This document shows, one piece after another, positions 1 through 8,940 of a stretch of 32,000 nt of DNA (position 1 is its first letter; the number at the start of each line of letters is the position of its first letter). A model generated the notes under the pieces. The model made no database searches, was not told the DNA's origin, and worked only from the letters and a program-made list of their open reading frames with translations. Source of the stretch: Synechocystis sp. PCC 6803 substr. PCC-P. Lineage in GTDB: Bacteria; Cyanobacteriota; Cyanobacteriia; Cyanobacteriales; Microcystaceae. Where the stretch lies: positions 2,370,001 through 2,402,000 of the forward strand of contig NC_017039.1 in the NCBI RefSeq assembly GCF_000284455.1. The letters run 5' to 3'. The translations under genes were made by a program, and so were the position numbers.

Positions 1-76
1 CAAGTACAGCTAATAGCTAATGCGAACCCATTGAATTCTAGTCTTTTTAAGCTGAATCGCCATCAGTAGATACTTT

Positions 77-1057
77 TTAACCATCTTGATTGACGGAAAT
101 TTGATTATCCACCGCCAGGGCCGTATGGCTGAGCACTAACTCTGGGTTCACCTGATTGGAGTCAGCATTGAGGGGGGGCAAAATGGGATAAAAGGGTTGA
201 TGTAGGCTAATCAACTGAGCCAAAGTCCTTTTCAGTTGGGGACGGGGCACAATGGCATCGACAAAACCGTGGTGTAGTAAATATTCGGAAGTTTGAAAAT
301 CGTCGGGTAACTTTTCCCGCAATGTTTGCTCAATCACTCGCCGCCCCGCAAAACCGATGGTGGCTTTGGGTTCCGCTAAAATCAAATCCCCCAACATGGC
401 AAAGCTGGCAGTCACCCCGCCAGTGGTGGGATGGGTGAGCACAGGGATGTAAAGTAACTTTTGCTCCCGATGGTTTTGCAAAGCTCCAGAAATTTTGGCC
501 ATTTGCATTAGGCTCAGCATGCCTTCCTGCATTCTGGCTCCACCGGAGGCACAAATAATTACCACGGGCAATCTTTCCAAAGTGGCGTACTCAATTAGGC
601 GGCATAGTTTTTCCCCTACCACGGAGCCCATACTACCGCCCATAAACCGGAAATCCATTACCCCCAAGGCGATCGGTAGACCGTCAAGGCGACCGTGGCC
701 AGTTTGCACTGCGTCCGTCAAATCTGTTGCTTTTTGGGTATCGCGGATGCGGTCTTTATAGGATTTGCGGTCTTTAAATTTGAGGGGATCGGTGGGCCGC
801 AAATGTTCATTGATGGGTTGCCAGGTCTTGGCGTCAATCAACTGGCGAATCCGCTCGTCACTGTCCACCCGGAGATGGTGCCCACATTCGACACACACCA
901 TCCAATTGCCCTGCAGATCCTTGGTGTAGGTCAACACACCGCAGGCCGGGCACTTAGTCCAGAGACCATCGGCCACCTCCCTTTCCTGGGGGGATTGGGG
1001 CTGGAGCACTGGGGGCTCAGCTTTTTCACGGTTGGCAAACCAATCAAATAGAGACAT
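77..1057 (-). CDS. accD: Acetyl-CoA carboxylase carboxyltransferase beta subunit
   Basis: 326-aa ORF with an ATG start. The N-terminal C4 zinc ribbon (CPACGV...CVECGHH) is followed by a carboxyltransferase core ([23 protein letters not shown]). Confidence 0.95.
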   Translation of the reverse strand: MSLFDWFANREKAEPPVLQPQSPQEREVADGLWTKCPACGVLTYTKDLQGNWMVCVECGHHLRVDSDERIRQLIDAKTWQPINEHLRPTDPLKFKDRKSYKDRIRDTQKATDLTDAVQTGHGRLDGLPIALGVMDFRFMGGSMGSVVGEKLCRLIEYATLERLPVVIICASGGARMQEGMLSLMQMAKISGALQNHREQKLLYIPVLTHPTTGGVTASFAMLGDLILAEPKATIGFAGRRVIEQTLREKLPDDFQTSEYLLHHGFVDAIVPRPQLKRTLAQLISLHQPFYPILPPLNADSNQVNPELVLSHTALAVDNQISVNQDG

Positions 1058-1170
1058 ATTTGTTCGGGGACAGTGGCGATCGCCGGGGTAATCCAGAATA
1101 CATTCGCCATTCTACCAAGATCGTTGACCCCGCTTTGGCGATCGCCGGGTTGTCAGGGCTACAAAAGCCA

Positions 1171-2616
1171 TTATTGCGTGGAACCTTGCAACACCCAGGT
1201 ATCCTTACTGCCGCCGCCCTGGGAAGAGTTGACCACCAAGGAACCTTTGCGGAGGGCAACCCTAGTCAAGCCACCGGGATGGACATAAATTTCATCGCCC
1301 CGGTTAAGGATATAGGGACGGAGATCCACATGACGACCCTCCACCTGATCGCCGATCAAAGTGGGTACTCGGGAAAGATTTAGCACCGGTTGGGCAATGT
1401 AGTTACGGGGATTATGGCGAATGCGTTCGGCAAACTGGGCCCTTTCCTGGGGGCTGGCACTGGGGCCCATCAACATACCGTATCCCCCAGCTTCGTTGGC
1501 GGATTTGACCACCAATTCCGCCAGATGATCCAGCACATAATTTCTATCTTCTTCTCGCCAGCAAAGATAAGTGGGCACATTGGCCAAGAGGGGTTCTTCC
1601 TTGAGATAGTAATTAATCATCTCTGGCACATAGGCATAGATGACCTTATCATCCGCCACGCCCGTGCCGGGAGCATTGGCCAGGGCCACCCGCCCTTGGC
1701 GATACACTTCCATCAACCCTGGTACTCCCAGAAGGGAGTCTGGCCGAAACACCTCTGGGTCAATGAAATCATCATCCAGACGGCGATAGACCACATCCAC
1801 CCGTTGTAAACCCTTGGTGGTACGCATTTGTAGATAGCCATCGGCCACCACTAAATCCCGACCTTCCACCAACTCCACCCCCATTTGTTGAGCCAGGAAG
1901 GAATGCTCAAAGTAAGCAGAATTATTAATACCAGGGGTTAACACCACCACCACCGGGGCGGCTAAGTGGGGCGGAGCCAGGTTCAGCAAAGTTTCCAGTA
2001 ATTGGCTGGGGTAACTGTCCACCGGTTGGATGGGAATAGTTTGGAACATATCGGGAAAAGTGCTTTTCATTACCCGCCGATTTTCCAAGACGTAGGAAAT
2101 GCCGGAGGGCACCCGCAGGTTATCTTCCAGCACAAACCATTTACCTGCGCCATCCCGCACTAAATCAGTGCCAGTGATATGACACCACACTCCGGCGGGG
2201 GGCTTGATACCAATGCAGGGCTTCAGAAAACCACTGGCGGATTCAACAATGTCCAGGGGCACAATGCCGTCTTTAACAATATTTTGGGGGCCGTAAATGT
2301 CGGTCAAAAAACAGTTCAGAGCTTTGATGCGCTGTTTCAAACCTTTTTCGAGCGATCGCCATTCGGCTTCGGCAATGATGCGGGGAATAATATCTACGGG
2401 GAAAATACGCTCCACTCCCTGGTCATCGTTGTAAACCCGAAAAGTGACCCCTAGGTTAAAAAGGGCAATTTGGGCCGTTTCGTGGTGTTGCCTGAGAATT
2501 TCCGGCGATAACTGCCCCATCCAGTCGATGAGGGGAGCCGCCTGGGGTCGGGGTTGTCCTGGGGCGAAAAAAAGTTCGTCGTAGAAATTGCCTGGGTCGT
2601 AGCTCTGAAGTTGCAT
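1171..2616 (-). CDS. Circularly permuted type-2 ATP-grasp family protein (putative amidoligase)
   Basis: 481-aa ORF. The N-terminus MQLQSYDPGNFYDELF and the overall sequence pattern are as I recall for the circularly permuted ATP-grasp type 2 family. Family assignment is from memory and not searched. Confidence 0.75.
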   Translation of the reverse strand: MQLQSYDPGNFYDELFFAPGQPRPQAAPLIDWMGQLSPEILRQHHETAQIALFNLGVTFRVYNDDQGVERIFPVDIIPRIIAEAEWRSLEKGLKQRIKALNCFLTDIYGPQNIVKDGIVPLDIVESASGFLKPCIGIKPPAGVWCHITGTDLVRDGAGKWFVLEDNLRVPSGISYVLENRRVMKSTFPDMFQTIPIQPVDSYPSQLLETLLNLAPPHLAAPVVVVLTPGINNSAYFEHSFLAQQMGVELVEGRDLVVADGYLQMRTTKGLQRVDVVYRRLDDDFIDPEVFRPDSLLGVPGLMEVYRQGRVALANAPGTGVADDKVIYAYVPEMINYYLKEEPLLANVPTYLCWREEDRNYVLDHLAELVVKSANEAGGYGMLMGPSASPQERAQFAERIRHNPRNYIAQPVLNLSRVPTLIGDQVEGRHVDLRPYILNRGDEIYVHPGGLTRVALRKGSLVVNSSQGGGSKDTWVLQGSTQ

Positions 2617-2804
2617 GGTTCCCCATCGATGGTGGTCTAGGCTTGGGCCATGGTGCCATTGGTGATCAGTTTTTGGCTATTTGCAGAGTGAAAGTGTTTT
2701 GCCAACTCCAGTCGCTAACCCTTGGCCACGGTCCCATTATTCAGCTTGGAAGGAAACGGGGGCAGCGGTTGTAATTGAAGCGACAATTTCCTGGGTAATT
2801 TGGC

Positions 2805-2827
2805 TTTTGTAACAAAATATTACAAAA
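2805..2827. promoter_or_regulatory. Perfect inverted repeat TTTTGTAA-N7-TTACAAAA (candidate transcription-factor site)
   Basis: 8-bp arms read directly from the sequence. The repeat lies in the divergent intergenic region, centred about 71 nt upstream of the predicted start site of the 2852-2880 promoter. Confidence 0.3.
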
Positions 2828-2851
2828 ATGCAGGCATAGTGGCTTAATGGC

Positions 2852-2880
2852 TTGACAGGATAGTGGCGCGTGATTAAATT
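2852..2880 (+). promoter_or_regulatory. Sigma70-type promoter candidate for the RHH/ycf46 cluster
   Basis: TTGACA (2852-2857), 17-nt spacer, TAAATT (2875-2880). The implied transcription start near 2887 leaves 10 nt or less before the ATG at 2896. Confidence 0.45.
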
Positions 2881-2895
2881 GGGGTACTATACCCG

Positions 2896-3276
2896 ATGGG
2901 TAACCTAATCATTAGTGATATGCAGGACAAGCAAAAGGTCACACTTTATATGCCGCCGGGCATCCATCGGCAACTCCGAATTCGCTCAGCCATTGACGCT
3001 GAATCTATGTCGGCGATCGTAGAACGGGCCATTGATTTTTACCTCAAGCACCCGGACAAGGTCGAAGCCGAAGAAAAGTCCGCCTATGGCAAAACCCATC
3101 AAGTACATATCTGCCCCGAATGCGACGCTGCCATGGTGATGCGGGACGGACAGATGATGTCCCTGAAGGATCAGCCCAGTGTCCTGAACGACAACGAAGA
3201 GTCTTCCCTACCTCTGGTGGAGGATGCTCCGGCAACCGCCGATGTTGATGGGGAAAAGATGCTGATTCCCTGCTAA
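2896..3276 (+). CDS. Ribbon-helix-helix (CopG/Arc/ParG-like) domain protein with acidic C-terminal tail
   Basis: 126-aa ORF. KVTLYMPPGIHRQLRIRSAIDAESMSAIVERAIDFYL fits a strand-helix-helix pattern. There is a single CPEC motif and an acidic tail. The start is ambiguous (ATG 2896 or in-frame ATG 2920). Confidence 0.6.
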   Translation: MGNLIISDMQDKQKVTLYMPPGIHRQLRIRSAIDAESMSAIVERAIDFYLKHPDKVEAEEKSAYGKTHQVHICPECDAAMVMRDGQMMSLKDQPSVLNDNEESSLPLVEDAPATADVDGEKMLIPC

Positions 3277-3366
3277 GTCGACCAACATTTCAGTTGGCCC
3301 TAGGCAAAATCATTCACATCGATTTCCTGTTCATTCCTTTCCTTCCCTCAATTTTTGGTCGAACCC

Positions 3367-4872
3367 ATGCAAGAAGAGCTGAGTGTACTGCTGAAAGCTC
3401 AATACCCCCTGATTTATCTCGTTACTTCTGAGGAAGAACGGGCTGAGCAAGCGGTGTACCGCATCGTTCAGGAGGTCACCCGGCACCAGCGGCTATTTGT
3501 TTGGACTGTGACCCATGGCTTCCGGGAATACGGCGTTGCCCAACAGAAAACCCACCACAATACCATCTCCCCTGAGGCGGCGATTGAGTGGGTGGTGCGC
3601 CAGGAACCGGGCATTTTCATTTTCAAAGACCTCCATCCTTTCATCTCGTCTCCGGCGGTGACCCGGTGGTTACGGGAGGCGATCGCCAGCTTTAAGGGCA
3701 CAGAAAAGGCGATCATACTCATGTCTCCCTACCAGGAAACCCCCATTGAACTGGAAAAGGATGTGGTGGTGTTGGATTTTGCCCTGCCCGATTTGGTTAC
3801 CCTCGATGGGGTGCTGGGGCAACAGTTGGGTAAGTCTCGCCATGCCCTGGGAGAAGATTCCCGGGAAAAACTCCTTAAGGCAGCCCTGGGATTAACCAAA
3901 GATGAGGCGGAAAAAGTCTACCGCAAAGCCTACGTCAAAGCAGGCCAGTTAACCGAAGGGGAGGTGGAAATTGTCCTCTCCGAGAAAAAGCAGTTAATCC
4001 GCCGCAACGGCATCCTTGATTACATTGAGGAGGATGAAACCATCCGGGCCGTAGGGGGATTGGAGGAACTGAAAAAATGGTTAACCCAACGCTCCGACGC
4101 TTTTACGGAAAGGGCCCGGGAGTACGGTTTGCCCCAACCCAAGGGCATGCTGATCCTGGGGGTGCCCGGTTGCGGTAAATCCCTCATTGCCAAAACCACT
4201 TCCCGGCTTTGGGGTTTGCCCCTCCTACGCCTGGATATGGGGCGGGTCTACGACGGTTCCATGGTGGGGCGATCGGAAGCTAATCTCCGCAACGCCTTGA
4301 AAACCGCCGAGTCCATTTCTCCAGCTATTTTGTTCATTGATGAATTGGACAAAGCCTTTGCCGGGGGAGCCGGTTCCGGGGATTCCGACGGCGGTACCTC
4401 CAGCCGCATCTTTGGTAGTTTCCTCACCTGGATGCAGGAAAAAACTTCCCCTGTATTCGTTATGGCTACGGCCAACCGGGTCGATCGCCTGCCAGGGGAA
4501 TTTCTCCGCAAGGGACGGTTTGATGAGATTTTTTTCGTTGACCTACCTTCTTCCGAAGAGCGGGAAGCCATTTTCCGCATTCACCTCCATAAACGGCGCA
4601 AAGACACTTCCCGTTTTGACCTGGGGGAATTGGCCCGCACCTCCGACGGTTTTTCCGGAGCAGAGATTGAGCAGGCGATCGTAGCGGCTATGTACGAAGC
4701 CTTTGCCCAAGAAAGAGAATTTAACCAGCTCGACATTATCGCAGCGATCAAATCGACGTTGCCCCTGTCGCGCACTATGGTAGAGCAGGTCACCGCGCTT
4801 CGTGACTGGGCCCGACAAAGGGCTCGGCCTGCCTCCGCTTCTGTGGCTGAATATCAGCGACTGGAGTTCTAA
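3367..4872 (+). CDS. ycf46: Ycf46-type AAA+ ATPase (CDC48-like single AAA module with N-terminal non-ATPase domain)
   Basis: Walker A GVPGCGKS (codons start at 4159), Walker B ILFIDELD, sensor-1 VMATANR and Arg-finger region PGEFLRKGRFDE. The track ORF starts at TTG 3355; I prefer ATG 3367 (MQEELSVLL). Confidence 0.88.
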   Translation: MQEELSVLLKAQYPLIYLVTSEEERAEQAVYRIVQEVTRHQRLFVWTVTHGFREYGVAQQKTHHNTISPEAAIEWVVRQEPGIFIFKDLHPFISSPAVTRWLREAIASFKGTEKAIILMSPYQETPIELEKDVVVLDFALPDLVTLDGVLGQQLGKSRHALGEDSREKLLKAALGLTKDEAEKVYRKAYVKAGQLTEGEVEIVLSEKKQLIRRNGILDYIEEDETIRAVGGLEELKKWLTQRSDAFTERAREYGLPQPKGMLILGVPGCGKSLIAKTTSRLWGLPLLRLDMGRVYDGSMVGRSEANLRNALKTAESISPAILFIDELDKAFAGGAGSGDSDGGTSSRIFGSFLTWMQEKTSPVFVMATANRVDRLPGEFLRKGRFDEIFFVDLPSSEEREAIFRIHLHKRRKDTSRFDLGELARTSDGFSGAEIEQAIVAAMYEAFAQEREFNQLDIIAAIKSTLPLSRTMVEQVTALRDWARQRARPASASVAEYQRLEF

Positions 4873-5004
4873 CAAGCTTTCTCCTGTTCCCGCAGGAGCA
4901 AAGACTAACCGTTGGGTTAGTAGTTTAAGATAAGCCGTTTTGATGGCGGCATTTCCCACTTCTCAATTGTTGTTGTTGACTTTTTTCTCTGGAGGAAATC
5001 CACC

Positions 5005-5355
5005 ATGTCTCATTTCAGCACTCTCCGTACTAAGATCACGAACGCTGAAGTTTTAACATCTTCCCTCAATGACCTCGGTATCACCACCAAGACCGAAGCT
5101 GATGTGCGGGGCTACAATGGCCAACGCATCCGGGCTGACATTGTAGCCGTTTTGGATGGTGACTACGATTTAGGCTGGTCCCGCAACAGTGATGGTTCCT
5201 TCGACTTGATCGCTGATCTTTGGGGTGTGGCTAAAAAGCATAATCAGACTGAGTTGATCAATTCCATCAACCAGAAGTATGCCGTTAACCAAACCTTGGC
5301 CGAGGTAAAACAACGGGGCTTACAAAACGCCAACGTGAAGTTAGTCGTCCACTAA
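5005..5355 (+). CDS. ycf35: Ycf35 / DUF1257 family protein
   Basis: 116-aa ORF with GGAGG 9 nt upstream of the ATG. The N-terminus MSHFSTLRTKITN and the overall pattern match my recollection of the DUF1257/Ycf35 family. Confidence 0.8.
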   Translation: MSHFSTLRTKITNAEVLTSSLNDLGITTKTEADVRGYNGQRIRADIVAVLDGDYDLGWSRNSDGSFDLIADLWGVAKKHNQTELINSINQKYAVNQTLAEVKQRGLQNANVKLVVH

Positions 5356-5417
5356 ACTGCATCCCTTTGTTTCTGCAAAACGATTAGGATTTTTGGTGCG
5401 TTCCCAAGCCTCTTCTG

Positions 5418-5451
5418 GTAGCTGTCTTGATTGCAGGACGGCTGCTTTTTT
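5418..5451 (+). terminator. Rho-independent terminator candidate after ycf35
   Basis: The arm GTAGCTGTC (5418-5426) pairs with GACGGCTGC (5437-5445): 9 bp including two G-U pairs, extendable into the loop. It is followed by TTTTTT (5446-5451). Confidence 0.55.
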
Positions 5452-5536
5452 CTGTCCATATTCCGTTAAGCTTGGGTATGGGCTGGTTCCATTGTCTTAT
5501 TGATTAAGACGGTTTTTTGGTCTTTTTTTTGCTCCC

Positions 5537-6766
5537 ATGTCTATTCCCCCTAGTGCTCTGGCTGATGTAGCCCACTATCTTGAAGAACAGGATGAGGGGC
5601 AAAGGATAAAAAAGTTACTCTTTTGTTTGTCGAAAAAATACTGGGAAAATGATCCCAATGTGCTCGACAGTAATGGTTTGGACGCCCTACTAATGGAGTT
5701 GGTAGTACAAAAACCAACGATCGAACAATTTACCTTTTCCCTCTATAAGCTAGTCAAAACCCTCAACCGCCCTAAGGTTTATGCGGCGGTGGCTAAAACC
5801 ATACTGGACCAGTTGGGGCCAATTTATACGGCCTATGGAAAAACAGCTATACCAGAAGATGTTAAGGGCGAGGATGGGGCGATCGCCGCGATGCCCATGG
5901 AAACTGAAACCCCAGCTCCCATACATAGGGTGGTGGATCCCCAATACGTGGCCACCCAAGTGGCTCACATTCTGGTGCAGCATCGGGAACAAGCCCGTAT
6001 TCAAAAGTTAATTTTTGCTGTGGCCCGGGGTTATTGGGAAAACAATCTCCAGGCGATCGAACAGGTGGGGCTAGCCAACTTATTGTTGGAGTTGCGGCAA
6101 CGTTATCCTACCCCTGGTCAGTTACAGGAAGGCTTTAGTCAGATTGTCAACAACATCAACAAAACTACTTTCTATCTGGCGATCGCCAGGTTAATTCTGG
6201 AGCAAATGCAGGGCTTGTATGACAGTGGCCCTGGGTCGGAAGAACAATCGTCGCCATCCCACCAGGCAACCCAAGCAAATTTGATGGCGTCTGACTCTCC
6301 TAGCCCGGCGGAAAGCCAACTCAAATCCCTGGCCACATCCATCGTTGATTTTGACGCGTTGCCCATTCCCGCTCCTCCCCCCAGGCCCCGCCCAAGTGAA
6401 CCAATTCTGACGGTGTTGGGGGCGGTGGTCCCCTCTCCTCCGGGTACCCCCCTCCAAGCCCACACTGAGAAGAAGGAATACAACCTGTTTGAGATCCGCT
6501 CAGAGATTATGCAATATACCAATCCCTTGCGGGCAAAAGTTTTACTTTTTTCGGTGTTGTTCCAAAGTTGGGACGAACATAACCCAGACTGGAGTTTAGT
6601 GCGTAGTTATGCCCTAGATGACCTAGTAGAGCAACTTATCCTGAGTCGTAGGCGGCCCAACGAGGTGGAAATTAAGCTCAATGCCTTGGCGAACCAAATG
6701 TTTGACCAGGAGGAATATCAACAAACCGCCCAAACTCTGATCAAAATTATTAAACCCCTATTGTAG
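5537..6766 (+). CDS. Hypothetical protein with three copies of a ~90-aa domain and a Pro/Ser-rich linker
   Basis: 409-aa ORF. The internal repeats are visible by hand alignment (aa 8-97, 138-228 and a degenerate copy at 316-409). I recognise no known family. Confidence 0.7.
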   Translation: MSIPPSALADVAHYLEEQDEGQRIKKLLFCLSKKYWENDPNVLDSNGLDALLMELVVQKPTIEQFTFSLYKLVKTLNRPKVYAAVAKTILDQLGPIYTAYGKTAIPEDVKGEDGAIAAMPMETETPAPIHRVVDPQYVATQVAHILVQHREQARIQKLIFAVARGYWENNLQAIEQVGLANLLLELRQRYPTPGQLQEGFSQIVNNINKTTFYLAIARLILEQMQGLYDSGPGSEEQSSPSHQATQANLMASDSPSPAESQLKSLATSIVDFDALPIPAPPPRPRPSEPILTVLGAVVPSPPGTPLQAHTEKKEYNLFEIRSEIMQYTNPLRAKVLLFSVLFQSWDEHNPDWSLVRSYALDDLVEQLILSRRRPNEVEIKLNALANQMFDQEEYQQTAQTLIKIIKPLL

Positions 6767-6808
6767 TTTCGTTTAGAATTGAACCGCCAACGGAGATTTT
6801 CAGGACCA

Positions 6809-8923
6809 ATGCTGGTGCAAATACGGGGTAAATTACGGCGGGGCGTAGGACTGGTATTACTATTCGTTCTCACAGTGGGGTTGGGCATTGGTAACCCAGT
6901 GTGGGCCAATGGTAAAACGGAAATTTTTTGGGATAGCTGGGGAGTACCCCATATTTTTGCTGCCAATGAAACCAAGTTAATGGAGGCTTTTGGTTGGGCC
7001 CAGGCCCGGGGCCACGGAGATTTACTCCTCACCTTGTATGGGGAAGCAAGGGGCAAAGGAGCGGAATATTGGGGCATTGATTACCTTGACAATGATCAGT
7101 ATGTCCATACGATGAATATCCCTCGGCGATCGGAGGTGTGGTTAAATGCCCAAACCCCAGCCATGCGCCGTGATCTGGAAAGTTTTGCCCAGGGTATCAA
7201 TAATTATTTCCAACAACATCCCGATTTCAGTCAGCCCAGTTTGCGCCAGGTATTGCCCATCACAGCCCAGGATGTGGTGGCCCATGTACAGAGATTATTA
7301 CTGTTTGAGTTTGTTACTAATCCCCAAGCCGTTGCTAGCCTCGCAGGACAAATACCAGAAGCTAACGTACCCATTGCCTCCAATGCCTGGGCGATCGCCC
7401 CTAAGCAAACTGAATCAGGCCATGGGCTATTACTAATCAATCCCCATTTACCCTGGGGGGGGCAATTTCGTTTAACGGAGGCCCAATTGGTGGCCCCTGG
7501 CATGGATCTGACCGGGGCGGCCTTTGTGGGAACTCCTGTGCCGGCCATGGGTTTTAACAATGATTTGGGCTGGAGCTTAACAGTCAATTATCCCCATAAC
7601 GTGGGCAAATATGCCCTTACTTTGGCAGAAGGGGGCTATGAATGGGACGGGGAAGTTAAATCCTTCGATCGCCGTAATAATCAAGTCAAAATTCTCCAGG
7701 GCAATGGCAGTTACCAAACTTTGCAATGGGAAGCCCTAGAAAGTGTGACGGGCATTGTGGTGGCCCAGCGGGGAGGCAATGCTTACACCCTCAAAATTCC
7801 TGGTTTGGACCGCAGTGGGGCCATCAGTCAGTTTTTGCACATGGGTAAAGCCAAAACCCTAGAACAGTTTGAAGCGGCTTGGCAAAAGCAACAAATTCCC
7901 ATGTTCAATGTGCTCTACAGCGATCGCCAGGGCAATATTTTTTATCTATACAATACTTTGACCCCTATCAGGGAAGGCAGTTGGCAAGATTGGGACCGTC
8001 TGCAGCCGATTAACCGCAGTGCCGATTTAAACTCTGATTACTACATCTATGAACAATTGCCCAAGCTAACGAACCCCGCCAGTGGTTGGCTCCAAAACAG
8101 CAATGATCCCCCCTGGACCAGCACCTTTCCCCCGGAGTTGGATGCGGCGGATTATCCTCCCAGTCTGGCCGCGCCGGATCTAAGCTTTGCTCCTTCTTTG
8201 CTGCGTACCCAACGGTCAATTAAATTGCTGAAAAATAACTCTTCCCTAACTTTTGAGCAGTTTAAGCAAAAAGTCTTTGACAGCCAGATGGAATTAGGCG
8301 ATCGCATTGTGCCTCTACTGGTGTCGGCCGCTAAAGTCTTGGCTAACCCCATTGGTATTGAAGCGGCGGAAGTGCTCCAGGCCTGGGACAAACAGGCTAA
8401 CCCCGATAGTAGGGGAGCGGTATTGTTTATGCTCTGGGCCCTGACCATTGGCGCAGATAAAGTTTTGGGCGGTCAATGGAATCCCGCTGACCCCCTCAAT
8501 ACCCCCAGCGGCATGGCGGACATTAACAAGTTCATGGCGGTGCTGGAAGGGGTGGCGGCCCAGGTGAAATTTCTCTACGATGATTTGGCGATCAGTTGGG
8601 GAGAAGTAGTGCAAATGCAGGTCGGGAATTTTACTGCTCCTGCCAACGGTGCTCCCAGTAACCTAGGCAGTTTTCGGGTCTTGGCCCTCAGCACCATTGC
8701 CAACCAAAGATTTCAAGCAGTGGCCGGAGATAGTTACCTGAGCTTAGTGGAATTTGCCGATCGCCCCCGGGGCCAGAGTATTTTGGTCTATGGCAATGCC
8801 AGCCAGCCCGATTCCCCCCATAACGGTGACCAGTTGGAACTTTACAGTAAAAATCAACTGCGACCGGTGTGGCGATCGCCAAGGGAAATCAAGGCCCATC
8901 TGGAAAAGGAAGAAATTCTCTAA
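6809..8923 (+). CDS. Secreted Ntn-hydrolase acylase (penicillin/cephalosporin/acyl-homoserine-lactone acylase family, S45)
   Basis: Hydrophobic signal/anchor [17 protein letters not shown]...VWANG. The nucleophile motif SNAWAIAP (Ser codon 7379-7381) is typical of the beta-subunit N-terminus after autoproteolysis. The length suits an alpha+beta precursor. The start is ATG 6809 or TTG 6779. Confidence 0.85.
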
Positions 8924-8940
8924 AACTGGGAAAAACAATC

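Noticed and set aside
330-2454. Several 70-140-aa ORFs lie antisense to or overlapping accD and the ATP-grasp gene (330-554, 495-761, 695-1051, 1060-1383, 1390-1809, 2179-2454).
   Set aside because: They lie wholly inside longer ORFs with clear family motifs. They have low-complexity, Arg/Pro/Gly-rich translations and no ribosome-binding sites. They look like typical shadow ORFs.
8869-8940. An N-terminal extension of tmk that overlaps the 3' end of the acylase gene.
   Set aside because: The kinase P-loop begins right after the internal ATG at 8941 ([18 protein letters not shown]). The extension ([24 protein letters not shown]) has no counterpart in thymidylate kinases as I know them.
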